NCBI GenBank assembly: GCA_049513055.1
Contig: JBEKWN010000009.1
Coordinates: 3,789 to 67,788 of the forward strand
Reading direction: 5' to 3'
DNA: 64,000 bases
DNA from: Thermodesulfobacteriota bacterium
GTDB taxonomy: Bacteria > Desulfobacterota > BSN033 > UBA1163
In this document: piece by piece, positions 56,818 to 64,000 of the stretch
How positions within the stretch are numbered: the stretch's first letter is position 1
How the letters are laid out: every line of letters begins with the position of its first letter
The notes under the pieces: model-generated
Seen by the model: only the letters and a program-made list of their open reading frames with translations
Databases searched by the model: none
Told to the model about the DNA's origin: nothing
Program-made: the position numbers and the translations under genes

Positions 56818-57867
56818 ATGACATATTGCTTGGGTTGGAAAAGTCAAAATAGTGTGTTTATAGTTGCTGACACTGCATTAACAACTGAAGCATATAAGCC
56901 AACCGGTCCTTTCGTATCAAGCTTTGGGGAGGTTAATTATAGCAGCAAAGATACTTATGTTAGAGAAGCCTTACTAAAAATATGCGTTGTTGGCAAGATA
57001 ATCATCGGCTTTGCCGGGAATGTGAACACTGCGTTTGAGATAATTGCAGTGTTTAAACAGTTAATCTCATCAAATTCAAGTGTACATGAAGTGCTTGAGA
57101 AAGCAATTCGAAGTTGTGGTCCATATTCCAAGAAAAATGATGTCGAATTAATCGTGGGGTATGTTGATAAGAACGGTCCAAGGCTAATTAGTTACAACCA
57201 CGATGAAGAAAGAAGCATTCATGAGCATGATCAGTTTGTTCAAGTCGGCAGTATTGCCTCATACTATCCTGCTTTGTCGGAAGCTACGATAAAAATGTTT
57301 CTAAAAGGAAAATTACCAGATGAAAATATGTTAGCAGCTATTACAGCTATTCTGCAGAATTACGGAATATTGGACCGATTAATGAAAATGAAAGTAGGCG
57401 GTGTGTTCTTTGGAATCTCAGTCAACGCAACCGGTGTATCTTGGCAAGAAGACACATCTTACTTTTTGTATCCCCCAGATCTCAGAAGCTTGCAGCACAT
57501 CTCAGTTGTGGCTAGAGATAATGTGCTTTCGGTTTCATCATCGTTAAGTGGAGACAAAAGGGTATTTATGAATACGATAAACACAACTAACCCCGAGAAA
57601 TGGCAAGCCAGATGGATTCCCAGGCTAAAGAGGAAATTTAACTCTGGACAATCCATTTTTTACACGTTTCTTAGCAAAAGAGACAGACTAATAACGGTAA
57701 TTAAAGCACCCAATCCTCTGTCTAATAAATATTTCAAAATACATGCAGATGGCATGGGAAAGTTCGATTTATTCTTCTCACCAGAATTAATGGCAATGTT
57801 AAAAAACCCAAATGTCGTAGAAAAGGGAATTTCATTGCCTTTTAGATTTAATTGGATAAGTGCCTAA
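56818..57867 (+). CDS. proteasome beta-subunit/Anbu-like Ntn hydrolase with C-terminal extension
   Basis: From the ATG at 56818 the product starts MTYCLGWKSQNSVFIVADTALT...IIIGFAGNVNTAFE. This parallels the MTYC...LVF.SDSRT...AGNLATTQ N-terminus of bacterial Anbu/proteasome-type proteases, where Thr2 is the nucleophile. About 100 extra C-terminal residues follow. The track ORF starts at 56620. Confidence 0.5.
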   Translation: MTYCLGWKSQNSVFIVADTALTTEAYKPTGPFVSSFGEVNYSSKDTYVREALLKICVVGKIIIGFAGNVNTAFEIIAVFKQLISSNSSVHEVLEKAIRSCGPYSKKNDVELIVGYVDKNGPRLISYNHDEERSIHEHDQFVQVGSIASYYPALSEATIKMFLKGKLPDENMLAAITAILQNYGILDRLMKMKVGGVFFGISVNATGVSWQEDTSYFLYPPDLRSLQHISVVARDNVLSVSSSLSGDKRVFMNTINTTNPEKWQARWIPRLKRKFNSGQSIFYTFLSKRDRLITVIKAPNPLSNKYFKIHADGMGKFDLFFSPELMAMLKNPNVVEKGISLPFRFNWISA

Positions 57868-57920
57868 AAAAAACAGAACAATTAGCACCAAAGGAATGTT
57901 CCGCTATGTGGTTTGCAGCG

Positions 57921-57989
57921 GTGGACAACGAAGGCACAAACGGACATGATTAAACTTGATAGCTTCATCTGTGCCGCAGACGTTATAGG
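57921..57989 (+). repeat. attC-like site 1 (69 bp)
   Basis: GGACAAC-gaa-GGCACAAAC ... TCTGTGCC-gcagac-GTTATAG. It is homologous in layout and length to site 3. Confidence 0.5.
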
Positions 57990-58016
57990 TCATCGGTAAC
58001 CATGACTGGAGGAATT

Positions 58017-58571
58017 ATGGAAAATGAATACGAGATCTTCATGGGCGCTCTATTGAAGGCAACTGCTCTGATAGCACCTGAGTTTTTTGATTTGCAGGTT
58101 GCCAGCACTGACGCAACAATTTATAGAGAAAGAGTGTATTGTTACGAGTTGTATCATCAATTAAGACAAACATTGCCCATTGGCTTTCCATTTACATTAC
58201 AGGGCGAGATCGATAAACGGAACCACCCGATTATTTCTAAAGCATGTGGGGCTATCAAGCCCGATCTCTTGGTACACAGACCGGGTGATATGGAAAACAG
58301 CAATCTTGTTGTCGTTGAGGTTAAGTCTGTTACGAATGTCAGCCAACTTAAAAAAGACTTCAAAACATTACGATGTATGACTTCGCTTGAAAATGGCTAC
58401 TTCAGAGGGATATCAGTATTATTTGGCCAAAATAACGATGATCCGTACAATAAAGCAGCTCGACTTTATAAAAAACATTGCGCGGATGCTACAGAGAGAA
58501 TCCATTTATTCTTTCACAAGCTTCCTAGGAATCCAATAGAACGATATATCGAGGAGCAGCAAACACCATAG
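58017..58571 (+). CDS. PD-(D/E)xK-motif protein (putative nuclease), hypothetical
   Basis: IKPDLLVH...SNLVVVEVK fits the PD...(D/E)xK pattern after a helical N-terminus. The ATG at 58017 follows GGAGGA (the track start is 58002). Confidence 0.4.
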   Translation: MENEYEIFMGALLKATALIAPEFFDLQVASTDATIYRERVYCYELYHQLRQTLPIGFPFTLQGEIDKRNHPIISKACGAIKPDLLVHRPGDMENSNLVVVEVKSVTNVSQLKKDFKTLRCMTSLENGYFRGISVLFGQNNDDPYNKAARLYKKHCADATERIHLFFHKLPRNPIERYIEEQQTP

Positions 58572-58633
58572 GGTTCAAGAGGCAAAATGAGGCCGCTGAC
58601 CACGCATAACAAGGAAATGAAGGTAGGGGTGGG

Positions 58634-58730
58634 GCCTTAACACGGGACAGTTTGCCCACAACCGCAGATAACAGAGGCCAAAAGATTTGATCCAAATGCT
58701 ATCGCACTTCTTTAGCCTTAAACGTTAAAC
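58634..58730 (+). repeat. attC-like site 2 (weak, ~97 bp)
   Basis: GCCTTAAC-acg-GGACAG... begins like site 3, and GTTAAAC (an exact GTTRRRY match) sits at 58724. I could not draw the inner L''/L' pairing convincingly. Confidence 0.3.
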
Positions 58731-58744
58731 GGACTGGAGATTAG

Positions 58745-59473
58745 ATGAACAATTTAGAGACAAAATCTAAAGCAACACCTTACAGAGGTCAAATAAATCC
58801 TTTTCAAATTTCTGCTGGGATTCAAATAGTCAAGAAAAATGCAAAGCGCCTTATGGAGGATGCAAAAATTCTTTTCGAAGCAAATAGATTTCCAACAGCG
58901 TGTTCTATCGGCATACTAGCTATTGAAGAGATTGGCAAACTTCCTATTCTGCGACGCATGGCAATTGCTGAAAATACAGAACATTGGAAAATTTGTTGGC
59001 GTGATTTTTCAGATCACCTACAAAAAAGCCAACATTGGATTATTCCTTTTCTAGTCAAGAATGCGCCATCTTTTGAAGAGTTCTCAGATCAATTCTATCA
59101 AGGTCGAGATGCTGACCTAATGAATTCACTTAAACAGCTTGGGTTTTATGCGGGATGTTACGGCCGCGCTCATTGGGCAGACCCGAAAAACATTGTTGAG
59201 AAGGAACAAGCCTCGTTGGTAATACATTCAGCAAATGTTCTTCTTGCTGGAAGTCAACCTTCAGAGTTAGATGTGCCAAGTGCTCTAAATGCTTGGGCAA
59301 ATCATATGAAAGGATGTTTTTCATGCGATCCTGGAATAGCAAACAATGGAGTAGTCGAATTTCTTAAAAAAGTGAAACCAGAAAAGACAGATCGTGACGA
59401 CGGTGGTATTTCTCCAAAAGTGGCATTTGAGTTTATGAGCACAGTTATTTACATAAGCAACGAGAATTTTTGA
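58745..59473 (+). CDS. AbiV-family abortive-infection-like protein
   Basis: The N-terminal helix pair NAKRLMEDAKILFEANRFPTACSIGILAIEEIGK is the pattern I associate with the AbiV family (..dA..L...g.y..A..l...a.EE.gK). This was recalled from memory and not searched. Confidence 0.5.
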   Translation: MNNLETKSKATPYRGQINPFQISAGIQIVKKNAKRLMEDAKILFEANRFPTACSIGILAIEEIGKLPILRRMAIAENTEHWKICWRDFSDHLQKSQHWIIPFLVKNAPSFEEFSDQFYQGRDADLMNSLKQLGFYAGCYGRAHWADPKNIVEKEQASLVIHSANVLLAGSQPSELDVPSALNAWANHMKGCFSCDPGIANNGVVEFLKKVKPEKTDRDDGGISPKVAFEFMSTVIYISNENF

Positions 59474-59485
59474 AATAGCCAGTTC

Positions 59486-59554
59486 GCCTAACAACGGCAC
59501 AAACTTGGGCAACCTAGAAACCTCTCGGCTTCGTCTGTGCCGCACATGTCAGGT
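59486..59554 (+). repeat. attC-like site 3 (69 bp)
   Basis: GCCTAAC (RYYYAAC)-aac-GGCACAAAC ... GTCTGTGCC-gcacat-GTCAGGT. Confidence 0.55.
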
Positions 59555-59592
59555 TTCATTGCAGGCAAGGTGTAAAGAAAGAGCTTTAGATT

Positions 59593-60384
59593 ATGAAAAA
59601 TGATTATGATCCAGCATTAGTTGAGAAAGCTAAAAAAGTAGCTGCCGGGCCTCTTGGCAAAGAGATGACAAAATTTCCCTTGAGATTTGCAACCTCAATA
59701 CTTTTTGGTCAAAAGCCATATGGTACCTCCCCCAATTCAGATTTTAATAACGCGACTGCAACTCTTGTTGATTTTGGCCAAGGTCCAATGGCAATAACTT
59801 GTTTTCACGTTTTAGAAGCGTATAGGAAAAAACTAAGCGAAGGTAGTCAAATCATATTTCAAATTGGTAACCTAAAAATAGACCCTTTAAATAAAATCAT
59901 TGATGAATGTGAAAGATTAGATCTTGTCACAATAGATTTAAAGGATGAAAATACTCAAAAGATAAGCGATGGTGGTGAGGTATCTTCATATTTCTTTTCT
60001 CCTGTTTCATGGCCGCCTCAGGGTATCAAATGCGGTGAATTTGTTGCCTTTGGAGGATTTCCTGGTCGATGGAGGCAGCACTTATCACAGAAAAAAGTAA
60101 TGTTTGACTCATTTGGTAGCGGGGCATGCGCTGTTGCATCGGTAAGAGAAGATACCATTGTTTGCCAATTTGAAAGAGAATATTGGGTTTACTCATTTAA
60201 TTTACATCCTGGCGAAGAGTTACATGATATTAGAGGTCTCAGCGGAGCTCCAGTTTTTATTTGGAGAGATTTGAATTTCGAACTAATCGGTATCATTTGC
60301 CAATTTTCGGAAGCATATGATTTGATGTATGTCCCACCTTCAAAGTTTATCCGCGTAAACGGAACTATCATTAAGGATTTTTAG
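59593..60384 (+). CDS. trypsin/chymotrypsin-fold serine protease, no signal peptide
   Basis: The catalytic triad appears in canonical order: ITCFHV (His), DLVTIDL (Asp) and GLSGAPVF (GxSGxP Ser). Confidence 0.65.
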   Translation: MKNDYDPALVEKAKKVAAGPLGKEMTKFPLRFATSILFGQKPYGTSPNSDFNNATATLVDFGQGPMAITCFHVLEAYRKKLSEGSQIIFQIGNLKIDPLNKIIDECERLDLVTIDLKDENTQKISDGGEVSSYFFSPVSWPPQGIKCGEFVAFGGFPGRWRQHLSQKKVMFDSFGSGACAVASVREDTIVCQFEREYWVYSFNLHPGEELHDIRGLSGAPVFIWRDLNFELIGIICQFSEAYDLMYVPPSKFIRVNGTIIKDF

Positions 60385-60419
60385 GTGAAACACTTATTTT
60401 ATGGTTGCCTGCAACAGAC

Positions 60420-60485
60420 GCCTAACATACTGCAAAAAACTTACGTCCGAACTTTTTGGCTTTTTTTGTGTCAGAAACGTTAGCT
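60420..60485 (+). repeat. attC-like site 4 (66 bp)
   Basis: GCCTAAC-ata-CTGCAAAAAAC ... TTTTTTTGTGTCAG-aaac-GTTAGCT. Confidence 0.5.
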
Positions 60486-60604
60486 AAAATGCCGCTTCGC
60501 GACGCTGCCTATTCATGCCACAACCTTCACATCTACTCCAATGGGTTGACGAATCGGTCGAGCATAGTATAAAATATTAAATCATATAAAGAGGTAAACG
60601 AGAC

Positions 60605-62011
60605 TTGGAAGGTATTGCCACCATCATCCTTGCAGCAGGAAAAGGGACCCGGATGAAGTCAGAACTGGTGAAAGTCCTTCATCCGATTCTGGGACTTCCC
60701 ATGCTCTCCTATCCCATTGAACTTTCCTTGAACGGGATCAAAGCCGAAAAGACAATTGTGGTCGTGGGTCACCAGGCGGACCGCATTCAGGAAATGTTTA
60801 ACGACTTTAAGATTGACTTTGCCCTCCAGAAGGAACAACTGGGGACGGGTCATGCCGTCTTACAAGCCATTCCATTTCTTCAGTCATTCAGTGGTACGGT
60901 TTTGATCCTCTGTGGGGATGTGCCTTTGGTGAAGGTGGAAACCCTGCGCTCTTTTATCGATACTTATAAGGAAAATAAATCCACCCTCTCTGTATTGACG
61001 GCAGTCGTTGAGGAGCCCTTTGGGTACGGTCGTATCCTTCGAAATTCGGAAGGTTGGTTGGAAAAGATTTTGGAAGAAAAAGATGCCTCAGAAAAAGAAA
61101 GGATGATTCGTGAGATCAATACCGGGATCTTCTGTGTGAAGGCTCCCTTTTTAATGGGAGGTTTAAGAGAGATTGGAAAAGAGAATGCCCAGGGTGAATA
61201 TTATCTAACCGACCTGGTCGAGATTGCAAAGAAGAAAGGTTTGAGGTGTTCGGCTCATATCGTGGCGGATCCAGTCGAAGTGATGGGGATCAATACGCGG
61301 GTGGATCTTGCCATGGCCAATGAAAAACTCAGACAGGAAAAGTTGAAAGATCTGATGCTTTCTGGTGTGACCATTGTCGACCCCAAAACCACTTATGTCG
61401 ATCGAGCCGTTGAAGTGGGAGAAGACACCCTCCTCTATCCAAATTGTCATCTGCAAGGAAGGACGAAAATTGGTGAACGGTGTATCATCGAACCCAACTC
61501 AAAGGTTTCAGATTCTATTATCGGCAATGATGTGACCATTCGCTCAAACTCTGTGATTACGGAAAGCAAAATTGAAGAGGGAGCCTCCATCGGTCCCTTT
61601 GCCCATCTGAGGCCGTTGAGCGAGGTGAAGACCAAGGCAAAGATCGGAAACTTCGTGGAGGTGAAGAAGTCGGTCATCGGTAAAGGTTCAAAAGCCAACC
61701 ATCTGGCCTATATTGGCGATTCCTTTCTCGGAGAAGACGTCAACATTGGCGCTGGGACCATTACATGCAACTACGATGGATTCGAGAAACACCAGACGAT
61801 CATCGGCAATCGGGTCTTTGTGGGATCGAATGTGGAGTTGGTGGCTCCGGTCAAGGTGGGAAACGATTCCTCGATCGGTGCAGGCACCACGGTCACAAAA
61901 GATGTTCCTGAAGGGGCACTGGCGATCAGCCGGGTGAAGCAGAAGAACATCAAGAGGTGGAATAAAAAGATAGAGCACCGCCGTAAAAAATCGAGAGAAA
62001 AGAAGGATTGA
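60605..62011 (+). CDS. glmU: bifunctional UDP-N-acetylglucosamine diphosphorylase / glucosamine-1-phosphate N-acetyltransferase
   Basis: ILAAGKGTRMKS, a left-handed beta-helix hexapeptide C-terminus and a TTG start. Confidence 0.95.
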   Translation: MEGIATIILAAGKGTRMKSELVKVLHPILGLPMLSYPIELSLNGIKAEKTIVVVGHQADRIQEMFNDFKIDFALQKEQLGTGHAVLQAIPFLQSFSGTVLILCGDVPLVKVETLRSFIDTYKENKSTLSVLTAVVEEPFGYGRILRNSEGWLEKILEEKDASEKERMIREINTGIFCVKAPFLMGGLREIGKENAQGEYYLTDLVEIAKKKGLRCSAHIVADPVEVMGINTRVDLAMANEKLRQEKLKDLMLSGVTIVDPKTTYVDRAVEVGEDTLLYPNCHLQGRTKIGERCIIEPNSKVSDSIIGNDVTIRSNSVITESKIEEGASIGPFAHLRPLSEVKTKAKIGNFVEVKKSVIGKGSKANHLAYIGDSFLGEDVNIGAGTITCNYDGFEKHQTIIGNRVFVGSNVELVAPVKVGNDSSIGAGTTVTKDVPEGALAISRVKQKNIKRWNKKIEHRRKKSREKKD

Positions 62012-62014
62012 GAA

Positions 62015-63844
62015 ATGTGTGGCATTGTCGGATATATCGGCCCAAGAGAAACCGTAAAAGTTCTCATTGAGGGGCTCAAACGGCTCGAATATAGAGGATA
62101 TGACTCCGCAGGCATCGCGGTCTTCCATCGAGGCAAGGTCGAGATCAGAAGGAAAGAAGGGAAATTAATAAAGCTGGAGGAGTTGATCGGAGGGGAGACC
62201 TTTGATGGGAAGGTAGGGATAGGTCATACTCGATGGGCGACCCATGGAAGGCCATCGGATGAAAATGCCCACCCTCATAAGGCAGGCAAGGTCGCTGTCG
62301 TCCACAATGGCATCATTGAAAACTATCTTCCCCTCAAGGAAATTCTCAAGAGCAAAGGTCATGTTTTCACCTCTGAAACCGATACAGAGATCATCTCTCA
62401 TCTGATTGATGAATTCGTTCAGGAAGGATATTCCTCTCTGGAGGCAGTGAGAATCGCGTTAGATAAGATCAAAGGCTCTTATGCACTGGGAATTATTCTT
62501 GAAGGAGATGAACAGTCTTTGATCGCTGCCCGCAAGGAGAGTCCTCTGGTGATCGGCCTTGGAAAGGGAGAGAATTTTATTGCCTCGGACGTCCCACCGA
62601 TCCTTCCCTACACCCGAGACTTTATTTTTATGGAGGATGGTGAAGTGGCACTTCTCTCCTCCAAGGGAGTGAAAGTCTTCAATTCCAAGGGAGACGAAGT
62701 TTCGAAGGAACCGAAACGAGTCAACTGGAATCCCTTGATGGCTGAAAAGGGTGGGTATAAACATTTTATGCTTAAGGAGATCTTCGAACAGCCCAGGGCA
62801 GTGACCGACACCATTCGTGGGCGACTCTCGGAAGAAAAAGGTGATGTTGTCCTCGAAGATGTCCACTTAGATCAACAGTTCCTGAAGAAGATTCGGAGGG
62901 TCCACCTAATTGCCTGTGGCACCTCCTACCATGCCGCCCTCGTGGGAAAGTTTCTCATCGAAGAGTTTTGCCGAATTCCAGTGGAAGCAGATATCGGCTC
63001 TGAGTTTCGATATCGAGATCCTATTATCGGAGAGAATGACTTGCTTGTGGCGATTTCCCAATCTGGGGAGACGGCCGATACCCTGGCTGCTTTGAGAGAA
63101 GCAAAACGAAAAGGGGCGATGACCTTAGCCATTTGTAATGCGGTGGAGTCGAGTTTGGCAAGAGAGGCGGACCATGTGATCTACACCCATGCAGGCCCTG
63201 AGATTGGCGTAGCTTCCACCAAGACCTTTGTCACTCAATTGGTCATCCTCTTCCTTCTTGGCCTTCGAATTGGCAGAGAGTTGGGCATCCTCTCCAACGA
63301 GACAGGGAAGACCTTGATTGAGGAATTGGTAAGGATTCCACATCTCATGGAAGAAATGCTGAAAACATCGCATCAAGTAGCGAAAATCGCCAGAAAGTAC
63401 CTACATGCCAGAGATTTTCTCTATCTTGGGAGAGGGATCAACTACCCCATTGCCTTGGAAGGGGCACTGAAATTGAAGGAGATCTCTTATGTCCATGCAG
63501 AGGGCTATCCAGCTGGTGAGATGAAGCATGGACCCATCGCTTTGATTGATCGGGAGATGCCAATCGTGGTCCTCGCCACCAAGAACGATGTCTATGAGAA
63601 GGTGATCTCCAATATCGAAGAGGTAAAGGCAAGGGAAGGAAAGGTGATTGCCCTTGCTTCTCCATCTGATCGAGAGATCGTCAAAAAAGTGGACGATGTG
63701 ATCTTCATCCCCGAAACGCTTCCTTCTCTCACTCCTATTCTCCTCACGATTCCTCTTCAACTCCTGGCCTACTATATGGCTGATTTCAAGGGCACGGATG
63801 TGGATCAGCCGAGGAACCTGGCCAAGAGCGTGACCGTGGAATAA
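62015..63844 (+). CDS. glmS: glutamine--fructose-6-phosphate aminotransferase
   Basis: N-terminal MCGIVGYIG (Cys2 nucleophile), SIS domains and the C-terminal LAKSVTVE. Confidence 0.95.
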   Translation: MCGIVGYIGPRETVKVLIEGLKRLEYRGYDSAGIAVFHRGKVEIRRKEGKLIKLEELIGGETFDGKVGIGHTRWATHGRPSDENAHPHKAGKVAVVHNGIIENYLPLKEILKSKGHVFTSETDTEIISHLIDEFVQEGYSSLEAVRIALDKIKGSYALGIILEGDEQSLIAARKESPLVIGLGKGENFIASDVPPILPYTRDFIFMEDGEVALLSSKGVKVFNSKGDEVSKEPKRVNWNPLMAEKGGYKHFMLKEIFEQPRAVTDTIRGRLSEEKGDVVLEDVHLDQQFLKKIRRVHLIACGTSYHAALVGKFLIEEFCRIPVEADIGSEFRYRDPIIGENDLLVAISQSGETADTLAALREAKRKGAMTLAICNAVESSLAREADHVIYTHAGPEIGVASTKTFVTQLVILFLLGLRIGRELGILSNETGKTLIEELVRIPHLMEEMLKTSHQVAKIARKYLHARDFLYLGRGINYPIALEGALKLKEISYVHAEGYPAGEMKHGPIALIDREMPIVVLATKNDVYEKVISNIEEVKAREGKVIALASPSDREIVKKVDDVIFIPETLPSLTPILLTIPLQLLAYYMADFKGTDVDQPRNLAKSVTVE

Positions 63845-64000
63845 ATCACTTCACTAGACAGAGATGCTTCCAAATCTTTATCAAGCAGTCATTTTAAAAT
63901 TTTTATGGGTAAGAGTTGTTGCCGTAAAGGGTGAGGTTGGTAAAGTGTTTTTGATCTCATGAATCAATTCGCTAAGAGGTGTCGCTATAAAGATTTGTCA

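Larger units (their letters stand above)
56591..60485 (+). mobile_element. integron-like gene-cassette array lacking an integrase (CALIN-type), four cassettes
   Basis: Four co-oriented ORFs are each followed by an attC-like imperfect palindrome (RYYYAAC...GTT core). The distances between cores are 1391, 742, 824 and 931 bp. The segment is visibly AT-richer than the flanks. No intI is in the window. Confidence 0.55.

Overview
This is a 64-kb chromosomal window from a moderate-GC bacterium (by eye mid-40s % GC) that I cannot place taxonomically from sequence alone. The backbone genes are as follows. First come skp, a macro-domain protein, an MFS transporter, comEC and an acyl-CoA dehydrogenase. 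Next is an extended macromolecular-synthesis cluster (rpsU, yqeY-like, mutS2, dnaG, rpoD), then tRNA-Met. After that come a Zn-ribbon protein, RNase HI, RNase P RNA, a DUF4390 protein with an NtrY-like kinase, and smpB-ssrA. Further on are a DUF255 thioredoxin-domain protein, a Fur-family regulator with cbiMQO, dus, an alpha/beta hydrolase, prmA, rsmE and tRNA-Phe. A cobalamin-riboswitch-controlled operon follows (TonB-dependent receptor, CbiR-like protein, cobU, cobS, cobT, BtuF-like protein). The window ends with an ABC-2 exporter plus LolA-like protein, exbB-exbD-tonB, a PfkB kinase and glmU-glmS. Three accessory or unusual parts stand out. (1) A ~3.9-kb AT-richer segment between pfkB and glmU holds four same-strand ORFs: a proteasome-beta/Anbu-like Ntn hydrolase, a PD-(D/E)xK-motif protein, an AbiV-like protein and a leaderless trypsin-fold protease. 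Each ORF is followed by an imperfect palindrome with integron attC architecture (RYYYAAC ... GTTRRRY). No integron integrase is in the window, so this looks like an integrase-less cassette array carrying defence-type genes, and it is my top candidate for something new. (2) A ~9-kb integrative element sits in the 3' end of ssrA, bounded by 25-bp direct repeats. It encodes a tyrosine integrase, a Toprim/P-loop primase-helicase, a cold-shock protein, a divergent ribosomal protein S21 paralog, an HNH endonuclease and a large terminase. It has no recognisable virion structural genes, so it is satellite-like or a remnant. (3) A peroxiredoxin is split in the ORF track by an in-frame TGA exactly at the peroxidatic Cys position, which makes it a probable selenoprotein. 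No CRISPR array, rRNA gene or IS transposase was seen.
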